64,000 nt of DNA from Mustelus asterias (lineage: Eukaryota), in the NCBI RefSeq assembly GCF_964213995.1, contig NC_135808.1, positions 74,462,001-74,526,000 on the forward strand. Direction: 5' to 3'. A program made the translations under genes and the position numbers. This document shows positions 23,511 through 34,973 of the stretch, one piece after another. The notes under the pieces were generated by a model. The model was given only the letters and a program-made list of their open reading frames with translations. It ran no database searches and had not been told where the DNA came from. Numbering within the stretch: position 1 is the first letter of the stretch; each line of letters starts with the position of its first letter.

Positions 23511-23804
23511 AGGGTGGCACTGCTGCCTCACAGCGCCAGGGACTCAGGTTCGATTCCCGGCTTTGGTCACTGTCTGTGTGGAGTCTGCATGTTCTCCCTG
23601 TGTCTGCGTGGGTTTCCTCCGGGTGCTCTGGTTTCCTCTCACAGTCCGAAAGACATGCTGGTTAGGTGCATTGGCCATGCTAAATTCTCCCTCAGTGTAC
23701 TTGAACAGGCGCTGGAATGTGGCGACTAGGGGAATTTCCCAGTATCTTCTTTGCAGTGTTAATGTAAGCCTACTTGTGACATTAATAAATTAACTTTAAA
23801 CTTT
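23511..23804 (+). mobile_element. V-SINE with alternative 3' tail
   Basis: B box, V core, tail CTTGTGACATTAATAAATTAACTTTAAACTTT. Confidence 0.85.
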
Positions 23805-24801
23805 GAGTAAAAATTCTAAAATATACGCTGGTTACACATTACGAGGGGTGGAGAGGGCAGGCGGCTCGCTGCTCTGGAAGCAAAGTCAGCAGGAAGCCGA
23901 CTCACTCCATAGCCACAAGGTACTGTGAGCCGTCTAAATTGCCTGACAGACTTTTAATTCCACCCTTCACTGGGGGGGAGTCCCACCTGCAGGAACTGTC
24001 GGCCAATCCGATTGGCCAGAGCAAGATAAGTTCGGTATGTCCAGCTACAAAGGTTTGGATAATTCAGGGAGGTGGAATGGGTGGGGTAGTTTGGGGGTGC
24101 GGGAGGTGCGTTTTGGTGATCAGGATGTTAGGGGGCTACTATCTTTCGTGACTGACCACAAGGAGCAAAGAACTCCCGAAGATAGTAATCCCCACCTCCT
24201 TGCAGCCATTTTAAAAAGCTTCTGGATTGCTCACTTCCACACAACTGTCCACTCCAACTGTATTATGGTGTGGGCAACATGGTATCAGGGTCAACTGACT
24301 TGTTAACAAGCTCAATTGACCCTAGATTATTTATTCAAACATGGCGGGTGGGCTACCAATTTTATCTCCTGCCCACAGACTGTGCCATGGGGATGAGCTA
24401 AGCAGCGGGAAGGAAGGCACCTGCCCTATTTTATGCCAAAAACCCACCTGTGTGGTAGTTAAAACCCAACCTGTACAAAATTGATGGCACATTGTCATTT
24501 CTGTTCCTTATAGAGAGTCACTACATAAAATACAAAGCACAGAAACAGGCTATTCAGTCCATGCCAGCGTTAAATTCCATTCAAGCCCTTTCTTCATCCA
24601 AGTCTACAGGCACAACGCTCTATTCCTTCTCCATCATATGCTTTTCTAGTCTCAATAGTATTATCAATATTGCATCGATATTATTCCCTTCAGCAACACT
24701 CTGTGATAGCGGGTACCACATCCCAACCACTCTCTCTCTTACTAAATCACGTGGTTCTGCACTTCTTCAGTTGGTAACATTTATGAATTCTCTTTTTGCA
24801 G

Positions 24802-25056
24802 TACCATGTACCCCACAGAATGTTGATGCTTACATGAACTGTGATGCTGGATATATGTCAGTCTCATGGGAGTTAAGTCAAGGTGCAATATCATACATTG
24901 CAACTGCTGAAGGAAGCAATGTACAACAATGCAGCGCTAATGAAACATTGTGTGACATCACTGAGCTGGACTGTGGAGAAACCTACACCATCACAGTTCG
25001 TGCACACGATGATTCATGTGACACTGCTGAAAGTCCGTCCATCACAAAGAAAACAG
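24802..25056 (+). CDS. FN3 exon C, repeat 2
   Basis: tttttgcag|TACCATGT ... AAAACAG|gtaact; 255 nt. Confidence 0.93.
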
Positions 25057-25257
25057 GTAACTAAAGAGACGAGGATTTTTCCATATCACGGATTGCTGCA
25101 TCAATCTCACTAACCCTGATTTCTACACTGTCCAAATACTGTTCTCTAGAAAAACTCACAAATACATTTGCACAAAGATGTCAGTTAGATTTTAATTCCA
25201 CAAAGATAAGCAGCTGCTGGTCAGGTGCTCTTCATCTGCTCTTTTCATTCTTTTCAG

Positions 25258-25518
25258 CATCGTGCATCCCACAGAATCTCGATGTCCAGCTGGATTGTAA
25301 CACAAACGATGCTTCTGTGTCCTGGGGCCACACTAAAGGTGCAGTGTCGTACTCTGCAACAGCAGAGGGAGGTGATGGGCACACAGTATCATGTGATACA
25401 GCCAACAGACAGTGTCAAATAGCCAATCTACACTGTGGACAGATGTACAATTTAACTCTGACAGCACTGGATGGTGTATGTGACACTTCACAAAGCTCTC
25501 ATTTTGAATTCAGCACTG
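25258..25518 (+). CDS. FN3 exon D, repeat 2 (ASCIPQNLDVQLDC...FEFST)
   Basis: cttttcag|CATCGTGC ... AGCACTG|gtaagt; 261 nt. Confidence 0.93.
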
Positions 25519-25729
25519 GTAAGTCTTTTGTGCGGAATCGGATGGTTCAAAACCGGTACAACTGATTCCAATAACAGCTTGATTTATATCGGACATTCCA
25601 CATAATAAAACATCCCAAACACTTCTTTAGGGTAGGGAATACAGATATTGAACAGGAAGTGCACTTGAAGTTGTGACTGCAACCAAGTTCTAAGAGCTAG
25701 ATTTCAAGGATCCTTTGGATGATAGGTTA

Positions 25730-25905
25730 AGGAAGTCTTAACAATCCACAGTATGAACATGTCAACATGGTTTTATGAAAAGGAAATCTTGTTTGAGAAA
25801 TTTATTAGAATTTTTTGAGGATGTAACTTGAGTAGATATAGTGTACCAACATTTGCAAAAGGCATTCAATAAGGTGCCACACAACATAAGTGCTCATGGA
25901 GTTGG
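25730..25905 (+). mobile_element. Short CR1 RT fragment at the D-to-G junction of repeat 2
   Basis: Encodes QHGFMKRKSCLRNLLEFFEDVT ... KAFNKVPH. Confidence 0.75.
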
Positions 25906-26026
25906 TGACTGCTTTATCCAAGTTATTTAAGTTCTCTGAGATAGATGCTTGCAAGGTACATTTGTTCAAAACAATTTCTCACATCAAACTCAGTGGATAT
26001 TAATGTTTAAATTGCCTTTCCCACAG

Positions 26027-26287
26027 CACCGTGTGCTCCAGATGAAATCATTGTGAATGTGGACTGTAATTCAAATAGAGTAGTAGCATCGTGGGGATGG
26101 TCTGATGGAGCGATATTATACGATGTAACTGCAGAAGGCAGTGATGGACATACACACTCTCACAACACAACAGAGACAAGCTATGAGATGTTGGATTTAC
26201 ACTGTGGACAGACCTATAACATAACAGTGACAACACTCCGATATAGCCGGAGTGGCTTCTCAAGCACTTCTGTCCAAATACAATCTG
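26027..26287 (+). pseudogene. FN3 exon G, repeat 2: open frame but 5' splice donor lost (probable pseudo-exon, skipped exon or read-through terminal exon)
   Basis: Acceptor cccacag|CACCGTGT intact; the donor position reads CAATCTG|acatct versus CAAACTG|gtacta in repeat 3; read-through gives DIYY-TAA ending at 26301. Confidence 0.75.
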
Positions 26288-26399
26288 ACATCTACTATTA
26301 ATCCTTTAATAATATCATCCATATAAATCATTTTACATTTATTATTAATAATATTAACAGGACGGAGAAGATTAATATTCATTTGTATTTTCTAAATAG

Positions 26400-26660
26400 C
26401 ACCGTGTGTTCCTGAGAATCTAAAAGCTGAGCTGGATTGTGATTCGAACAGAGTCTCATTCTCATGGGATGTCACGGATGGAGCAAAGTTATACACTGTG
26501 ACCGCTCAAGATAGCCAAAGAGTCGCAGCTTTATTCAACACCAGCGATACAAAGGCTCAGATCCCACACCTGCAGTGTGGTGAATATTATACAATCTCTG
26601 TTCTAGCAACAGACAACATCTGCAAAAATCCTCAGAGTGCAGTGGTGAATGTACATGCAG
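26400..26660 (+). CDS. FN3 exon H, repeat 2
   Basis: ctaaatag|CACCGTGT ... CATGCAG|gtaacg; 261 nt. Confidence 0.92.
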
Positions 26661-28146
26661 GTAACGCTCATTTCCATTAAACATCTTAAAAAAATAAATT
26701 TTGTCATCCTCAAGCGGTATTTAAATATGTAAACTTTTATATTTCAATTATACATTGACTAAATGGATCTCTATGCATGGTGCAGATTAACTTGCATTCT
26801 TCCTAGAATAGAATGTGCAGGTAGGGTTGCTCATTATGTCTTTGATATCTTCGGTCCAAAAACTTAGCAATATGTTTCAATTTTGCATCCTCTTTAACCT
26901 AACTGTTCCAGTGAAAGTTGTTCCAAAGGAATTTGGATAAAGGAGCATTTTCCTAAATTGCCTACTGAGCAAGCAACATTTACCCATATTCCAAATCTGC
27001 ATCGTCCTCCTCCCCCCAAAACCACCCCTTCCTGCATAAGAAATGAGAAATAATATTGTATGAGTTATACATGGGCAAACATTACATGTGAGCGAAATAT
27101 GAGCCAAAACTATTTACTGCAGAGCCGGAAACTTAAGGAAGTAAATATTGAATTTACTCACGTACGAATGGACATCTTTAGGGATTCATGGAAAGGAGAA
27201 AGTAAATTTCTGATGGAAACAGATTAAACTGTGTCTAAAAATGACTCAGCTGATGGACTAAGTCAGTGTGATATCTTTCCCAGTAGCTCTGTCTTGCAGA
27301 ATGGAAGAGTACGACTTTAAGAAGAGACAGGAGACTCAGAGAAGCAAAAGCAGCCCATGTATTCTTATACTATACTCACATCATTAACCCTACAAGTAGC
27401 ACTACACTGCACTTGTTTTGCACTGTTTTTTATGTTATGTCATGTGGAAGTCAGCCCTGCAGGAAAATTGGGGGTAAATTCCCATTGACCAGCATGTCAT
27501 AGAGACTGACATAGATTTCAGCATAAGTTCAGCGTTAAAAGGTTTGAGGAGAAATGAATAGGAGCAGTTAATATCCCTAAGTCAGTGGCTTGGATTTTCA
27601 CCAAGTTGGGAAGATCCGGGAGCCCTGTAAAAATGGTGGGCATGTCCCCATTCCGAGATTCTGACGCCATTCCCGGGCTGCCTGAGTTTCAGGAGTAAAG
27701 AATACGGGCTGGTTCCTGATACTCCCACCCTGGCCAGCTCCTTTGCAGAGATAGTCCACAGTAATTTTAATTGGGTCAGGCCAGGTTTTTAAGAATTCAT
27801 AGTTCATGGCTCGTCAGAGGAGTCGTGAACCCTAGTCTGAATGAGAGGACCTTTCGAAAGGTCAGCTCAAAGCGTTCCCCACATGACCCCCTAAAACCTC
27901 TCATGCTCCCAATGCCAACTCTGCTCTTCCATCCACTTCCTATCACCCCTCCTGTTCACTATGCCAAGCTATGACATTTCATACTTCATGCCCACATGAA
28001 CTAGAACCTATTTTTCCTGTAGTGTATAGGGATATGTATAAGAAAAACTTTGAAAAAAATAATTCATTCAAACATTTCTCCTATATTGAAAAACATAATT
28101 CCACTACAAGTTAATAAAAGTGCCAACCATTCGGACCCTTTAAAGT

Positions 28147-28490
28147 GGGCAGCACAGTGGCACAGTGGTTAGCACTGCTGTCTCACAGCGCCAGGGACCC
28201 GGGTTCAATTCTAGCCTTGGGTAACTGTCTGTGTGGAGTTTGCACATTCTCCCCATGTCTGCGTGGGTTTCTTCTGGGTGCTGTGATTTCCTTCTACAGT
28301 CCAAAGATTGGCGGGTTATGTTAATTGGCCATGTTAAATTGCCCCTAGTGTCCCATGATGTGTAGGTTAAGAGGATTAGCAGGATAAATATGTGGGGTTA
28401 CGGGGATAGGGTCTGGGTGGGATTGTTGTCGGTGCAGGCTCGATGTGTCAAATGGCCTCCTTCTGCACTGTAGGGATTCTATGATTCTAT
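28147..28490 (+). mobile_element. HE1-type V-SINE, full length
   Basis: A and B boxes, V core, ATTCTATGATTCTAT tail. Confidence 0.9.
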
Positions 28491-28879
28491 CAGTAACAAT
28501 AACTGCAAACACTTAAAATCACTGAACATGTGTAAACAATATTGTGAAATTGACAGCAGAGATCAGGGAGCCTGAGCTGTCAAACAATGTTTTCTCTGGG
28601 AGTGCACTCTTATAGTTGCCTGGGCTCTCAGCCCAGCCTCATCATGCATGCAAGGTTAAGACCCCAATCAATTAAGAGAATACTAAAACCTCTACGCCCC
28701 AGAGAAAACATTATTTGATTATAGTTCAGGTTTTCTGATCTCTGCTGTCAATTTCACAGTGATTGTATAAAGTTAAATGGTTTCAAGGGATTATCGTTTC
28801 TTGTTATTGATATTTTAAAGGGTCTGGATGATTGACAATTTCATTAGTTTGCCATGAAATGACATTTTTCAACATATGA

Positions 28880-29643
28880 TTTTGGTAGGACTAATTTAAA
28901 TGTGGATTACAGGGTCAAAGGTAGGGTTCTGAAGACTGTGGAGGAACAGAGAGATCTTGGGGTCCATATCCACAGATCTCTAAAGGTTGCCACTCAAGTG
29001 GATAGAGCTGTGAAGAAGGCCTATAGTGTGTTAGCTTTTATTAACAGGGGGTTGGAGTTTAAGAGCCGTGGGGTTATGCTGCAACTGTACAGGACCTCGG
29101 TGAGACCACATTTGGAATATTGTGTGCAGTTCTGGTCACCTCACTATAAGAAGGATGTGGAAGCGCTGGAAAGAGTGCAGAGGAGATTTACCAGGATGCT
29201 GCCTGGTTTGGAGGGTAGGTCTTATGAGGAAAGGTTGAGGGAGCTAGGGCTGTTCTCTCTGGAGCGGAGGAGGCTGAGGGGAGACTTAATAGAGGTTTAT
29301 AAAATGATGAAGGGGATAGATAGAGTGAACGTTCAAAGACTATTTCCTCGGGTGAATGGAGCTATTACAAGGGGGCATAACTATAGGGTTCATGGTGGGA
29401 AATATAGGAAGGATATCAGAGGTAGGTTCTTTACGCAGAGAGTGGTTGGGGTGTGGAATGGACTGCCTGCAGTGATAGTGGAGTCAGACACTTTAGGAAC
29501 ATTGAAGCGGTTATTGGATAGGCACATGGAGCACACCAGGATGATAGGGAGTGGAGTTGCTTGATCTTGGTTTCAGATAAAGCTCGGCACAACATCGTGG
29601 GCCGAAGGGCCTGTTCTGTGCTGTACTGTTCTATGTTCTATGA
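28880..29643 (+). mobile_element. Young 5'-truncated CR1
   Basis: Open 220-aa ORF2 C-terminus; near-identical to 10540-11240. Confidence 0.92.
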
Positions 29644-30472
29644 TAAAGTTATGAATTAATTACTTTTTCTCCAAAGTTTTCTTTACACACTCCACTATAC
29701 CCTATTGAGTTCATTGATTCTAGGCAGTGCATAGTGGGTCAATGGTGATGGAAGTACAATAGCTTGGCATGAATAGATGAGGGGTCATGGGATGGGGGGT
29801 GTGGGTGGAAGGACAGAGCTTGACATGGGGGCATGAGGGACTCATGAAAGGGCAGATATTGGCATAGGAGAAATAGGGGCCAGATGAGGGAGTAGATGGG
29901 GTTCACAATGGGACATTGACGGGCATAAGGAGCGTTTGGAGGATTAGGAAGTGTAAGGGGTGAGGGCTGGAGAATATATGTATTTTTATATTAACTGGCA
30001 CAAAGTCCACAGCATACAGGCAGGCCTTTTAAACAGCCTGTCTCTGCATCCATCAGACCCTATGTCTGCCTTTGAACGTCTTCCCAGGTTGTCTAACCAG
30101 ACACCAGCCCTCACCTGGCACTTAACCGTAAAGATCTCGCCTTAGTGGGCACTTTCTCCCAAGACAGGCAGTTCAAGGCAAGAATTTTCACAACAACCCC
30201 AAACCACCTCAAGGATGAAAATCCAGGTCAGTGTCACAAACAATCACTAAACCGCTATCATTGTTTTGGTCAGTTCCAATAATTGGTGACTGATCCACTG
30301 AATAGACTATATGATTAATTTTCCATTCACTTTGCTGTCTTTACAGAATGACATGTTCCAATGTAATTATTAGCTATTCAGTAAATCCGTCCATCCCTTT
30401 TTTACTTGAGATTACACTGATGGTTTTATTCTGTCATTTTCCATCCATTTTAACTTTCAATCTTATTTTCAG

Positions 30473-30733
30473 TCCCTTGCAATCCACAGAATGTAGAAGT
30501 GAGACTGGATTGTAACCTAAATACAGCTTTGGTGTCATGGGATGACAGTAGAGGGGCGCTGTTGTACACTGCCTTTGCTGAAGGACCCAATGGGAGCATC
30601 ACATCGTGCAGCACATCAGAAACATCATGTAGAACTCCCAAGTTACTCTGTGGCCAGTTATATTCTGTATATGTCATCGCGTCTGACAGCACATGTAACC
30701 AATCTCAGAGTTCAGTGGTTGAGCTTCAAACAG
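30473..30733 (+). CDS. FN3 exon I, repeat 2
   Basis: ttattttcag|TCCCTTGC ... CAAACAG|gtaact; 261 nt. Confidence 0.93.
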
Positions 30734-30845
30734 GTAACTGCTTGATTTACTGACAGGTATTGCCCTAACAAGAGCAAAATGGAAGAAACGTCCAGCATGC
30801 TTTGTTAACTAATGTACACTGCACTATATTGGCTTAAAATACTAA

Positions 30846-30990
30846 TGATGTGGAGATGCTGACGTTGGACTGGGGTGAACACAGTAAGAGTTTTAACAAC
30901 ACCAGGTTAAAGTCCAACAGGTTTGTTTGGTAGCAAATTTGCTATCAAATAAACCTGTTGGACTTTAACCTGGTGTTGTTAAAACTCTTA
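30846..30990. mobile_element. Penelope-derived fold-back mini-insertion
   Basis: CTTAAAATACTAA at 30833-30845 and 30987-30999; 53-bp arms 30885-30937 / 30938-30990, no loop, 2 mismatches. Confidence 0.85.
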
Positions 30991-31018
30991 AAATACTAAA
31001 CCAAAGCATCAGTGATTC

Positions 31019-31337
31019 CAATCATAGAATCCCCACAGTGCAGAAGGAGGCCATTCAGCCCAAAGAACCTGCACTGACAACAACCCCACCCTGACCCTAT
31101 CCCCGTAACCCCACATATTTAACCTACTAAACCCCTGACACAAAGGGGAAATTTAACATGCCCAATCAACTTAACCCACACATCTTTGGACTGTGGGAGG
31201 AAACTGGAGCACACGGAGGAAACCCAGACAGACACGGGGAGAATGTGCAAATTCCACACAAACAGTAACCCACGGCTGGAATTGAACCTGAGTCCCTGGC
31301 ACTGTGAGGCAGCAGTCTAACCACTTTGCCGGCATGC
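31019..31337 (-). mobile_element. HE1-type V-SINE
   Basis: Head, core and CR1-type tail on the minus strand. Confidence 0.88.
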
Positions 31338-31795
31338 CAAAGGTCCAATGTTCTGAGTTCATCTGTTCTTCCATTAGATGTGCATTCACAATCATAGATT
31401 TAACATTATATATATAATAGGGAGAGAACAAACATAAACCCAGCATTGACCTCTCCCAAATCCTCTCCAATGTTGGGGAATCGCTTAGCTCTGCCAATCA
31501 CTTGCTGCTCATGCTGTTTGACAGTAGTCCTGTGTTGTAGCTTCGCCAGGTTGGCACCTGATTTTTAGATATACCTAGTCCTGCTCCATGCATACCCTCC
31601 TATATTCTGCTAATCGTCAGGAATTTTCTTTGTACCAGGTGCCATGAGATTTCATGGCTTCCGGAATCGATTTTGAGGACTCCCAGTGCAACTTCCTCCC
31701 AACTGTATACCACTCTGCCACCACCCCTGCTGTATTTGACCTGCCAGTGGGACAGGACATACCCAGGAATGGTGATGGTGGTGTCTGAGACATTC

Positions 31796-31921
31796 GCCAG
31801 AATTCTACCGCCCCGCCTGCCACAGAATCGGAGTGGGCGAGGAGCGGACAATGGAAATATCCATTGTCCTCATGTAGGATTCTCCGGTCTCGCTCAAGCG
31901 AGGCCATAAAATCCCACCCAT
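31796..31921. mobile_element. Degenerate MITE
   Basis: GCCAGAATTCTACCGCC ... GGCCATAAAATCCCACCCA, same type of ends as 4727-4862. Confidence 0.5.
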
Positions 31922-32520
31922 TGTTTGTAAGGCATGACAGTATAACTGCCAGCTATTGCTTGACTAGTCTCAGAGACAACTCTCCCACATCTGGCACAAG
32001 TCTCCAGATGTTAATAAGGACGACTTTGCAGAGTCAATAGGGCTGGGTTTTTTGTTGTATTTTCTGGTGCCTAGGTCAATACCAGGTGGTCTGTCCAGTT
32101 TCATTCATTTTTGGTACTGGTTGGATACAATTGAATGGCTTACTAGACCATTCCAGAGAGGAATTAAAAGTCAAGGACATTCCTGTGGGTCTGGAGTCAC
32201 ATGTAGGCCAGATTGGGTGAGAGCAGCAGGTTTCCTTCATGAAGGACATGAGTGAACCAGATGGGTTTTATGAAATTGATACAGAATTCACCACTATCCG
32301 ACGAATGCATTCCTTGCACCCTCAACAGACCAGACAAGGCTTTCAGAGTTTTAAATTGGCCTGTATTCATGCTATAATGAGGAAGTTTATCTTCCATAAA
32401 GTGATGTATAGACTTGCTGAGTGATACATGGCATGAACAATTATAACTTTGCTTATCTTGCACATAATTTGCATATGCCAATCACAAGTATTCATTTGTT
32501 CTGAAGTCATTGATGTCATT

Positions 32521-32872
32521 GGGCGGCACGGTGGCACAATGGTTAGCACTGCTGCTTCACAGCACCAGGGACATGGGTTCAATTCTGGCTTCGGGTGACT
32601 GTGTGGCATTTGCAAATTCTCCCCAAGTTTGTGTAGGTTTCCTCTAGGTGCTCTGGTTTCCTCCCACAGTCCAAAGATTTTCAGGTTAGGTGGATTGGCC
32701 ACGCTAAATTGCCACTTAGTGTCCCAGGATATGTAGGTTAGGGGGATTAATGGGTAAATGCATGGGATTAGGGGATGGGTGGGGTGTGGGCTTGGATAGG
32801 ATGCTCTGTCAGAGAGTTGATGCAGACTCGATGGGCCGAATAGCTTTTTCCGGCACTGTAGGGATTCTATGA
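32521..32872 (+). mobile_element. HE1-type V-SINE
   Basis: GGGCGGCACGGTGGCACAATGGTTAGC head; GGGATTCTATGA tail. Confidence 0.88.
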
Positions 32873-33857
32873 TATCCAAATACAATGAAAAGTTCTGATT
32901 ATCTCATTTATGTCAGGTGAATATAGTTAACCAATTATAACCTCTATACGCTTGTCTAATTATAATAATTTATTACTATCAGGATATGCTACATGGTTAC
33001 ACCATCCAAACATCCATACCTGCTGTTATGGCTACTACCTTGTGGTTATCAGAGTCCTCACCCTCTTGTCCCTTTGTCAGTTAGTTTGTGCAGCCCATCA
33101 GCAAGTGTGGGAACTGCACTGAAACATCTTCATAGCAACTTCCCAGGGAACTGTGCCGTACTCAATTCACAGGGGAACTCTAAGACATTCAATGATTTTA
33201 ACCCCTTCAACAATCAACAGTGGTTTCATGGTCATCATTAGACTTTTAATTCCCATTATTTTATGGAATTCAAATTCAATATTCTAACCCAGGTCCCCAG
33301 ACTGCTACCCTGGGTCTCTAGATTACTAGTCCAGCAACAATACCACTACGCCAGCAACTCCCCTTTGTTTCATATCATGTCCTGTCAGTTAACCGACTTA
33401 CTATCCATGTTGCTACATTTTCACTTCAACCATATGCCTCCTTTTTTTTTTGTAAGGAGACATTGAAACCTTGTAAAAATCCACATTGACTACAATAGGA
33501 ACATAGAAAGTAATGGCAGGAAAAGACATAAGTTATGGCTGCAGCAAAATGACTGAACAATTTCAATGTGCAAGTTATGCAACAATTAAGATTAGATTTG
33601 CTTAATATAATTATTGTGCTAATGAAGGAGATAATTTTAAAAGCAGCAGATGATTTACAGCATAACCAAATAAGGTTGTTTAATTTTTGATGTTCATTAT
33701 TCCTGTGAGTAGTTCATTTCCATGGTAGCAGAAATGATTACGTTTAGATTTCATTTCACACATTTACAGATGCGCAGTGTTACAATGCACAATGTTAAAT
33801 TTAAGTCAAGCAAAACTATCTGTGCCTTTATCCGTCTTGTTTCTCTGGTATCTTTAG

Positions 33858-34118
33858 CCCCTTGCAGTCCCCAGATTGTCAGTGCTTCTTTAGAGTGTGC
33901 AACACACACAGCGTCAGTATTGTGGGAGCAGAGTGACGGTGCAGTGAACTACATCGCAATTGCAGAAGGAATGGAAGGAGACAAGTATTCATGCAATACA
34001 ACAGAGGAAAGCTGCGAGATCATAGACCTCCCGTGTGGTCAGATGTACAGTATAATAATATTAGCAATGGACGAGAGTTGTGCTAGTTTACCAAGTCCAG
34101 CTTCGGAAATTCAAACAG
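33858..34118 (+). CDS. FN3 exon A, repeat 3
   Basis: tctttag|CCCCTTGC ... CAAACAG|gtaaaa; 261 nt. Confidence 0.93.
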
Positions 34119-34568
34119 GTAAAACCTTGGTAATGCCTTAATGAAAATAAAAAGAATAGTCACAAAAGGGCAGAAAAAACTAGGATTGATATTGCATTGC
34201 AACATTGTATGTTAATAAACACCACCTCACATTTTGTGTACTGCTAATTGCTGCAGTTAATTTTAGTTACAAACTCATCCATCGAGCTTTTGATCAAGGC
34301 ATAGTTTGAGTCATCCTATTGCAGAACACATTTTAAGGCGATAATGGATTCGTGGAATTCTGGAATTGTAGAATTGTTACAGCACCAAAAGAGTTCTTAG
34401 CCTTTGAGATGATGCTGCATCTCTGTAAGAGCAATTCAGATCATCCCATTCTCCTGCCCCTTTCCTATGCCTGCAATTTTTTGATATCATGCAGCTTTAG
34501 AAGTATATGTGCAGTATTAAATTTATCACGGACTAAGAATTCTATTCTGTGTTTTCTTCTTTCCGCAG

Positions 34569-34829
34569 TGCCTTGTATCCCACAGAATGTGGTCGCTCAC
34601 ATCAACTGTGAAAGTAATAATGTGTCAGTGTTTTGGGATCCCAGTAATGGTACAGACTCGTACCTTGTAACAGCCCAAGGAAACAATGATCATTGGACCT
34701 CATGCAATGCAACAGACACTGAATGTGTGATCTCAGATGTGTACTGTGGACTGAGCTACTATGTAACTGTACAGGCAATCCGCATGCAATGTAACAGCTC
34801 ACAAAGCTCTGCTGTTACGGTTAAAACAG
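34569..34829 (+). CDS. FN3 exon B, repeat 3
   Basis: ttccgcag|TGCCTTGT ... AAAACAG|gtaatt; 261 nt. Confidence 0.93.
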
Positions 34830-34973
34830 GTAATTCTAGACTAGAATTTAAAACAAGAAATTCTAAAATATATACATTTTAGTTGGATAATTGTCATTTT
34901 TCTATCTTATGGGAAGTTTTGCAACTCAGTGTTTTTATTCAGGAGGTAACATTTATGAATTCTCTTTTTGCAG

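Larger units (their letters stand above)
27588..30230. mobile_element. Long palindromic (foldback/MITE-like) element carrying a SINE in its left arm and a CR1 in its right arm
   Basis: Inner arms 28543-28600 / 28697-28758; further matches ATGCCAAGCTAT (27961) / ATAGCTTGGCAT (29759); ends TGGATTTTCA / TGAAAATCCA. Confidence 0.65.
31470..33363 (-). mobile_element. 5' part of a LINE in which a tRNA/SINE-like leader runs into an AP-endonuclease remnant; interrupted by a MITE, a V-SINE and unassigned sequence
   Basis: 33363-33210 tRNA-like head; 32290-32100 matches the body of the SINE at 57400; then decayed NIW.LVP..GELS.RLVKQ and TITIPGYVLSH...RGGG.VVY (APE domain). Confidence 0.6.

Noticed and set aside
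10540-29643. Near-identical CR1 3' ends at 10540 and 28880 as evidence of segmental duplication
   Set aside because: Different introns, unrelated flanks and different 5' truncation points: independent insertions of one young subfamily.
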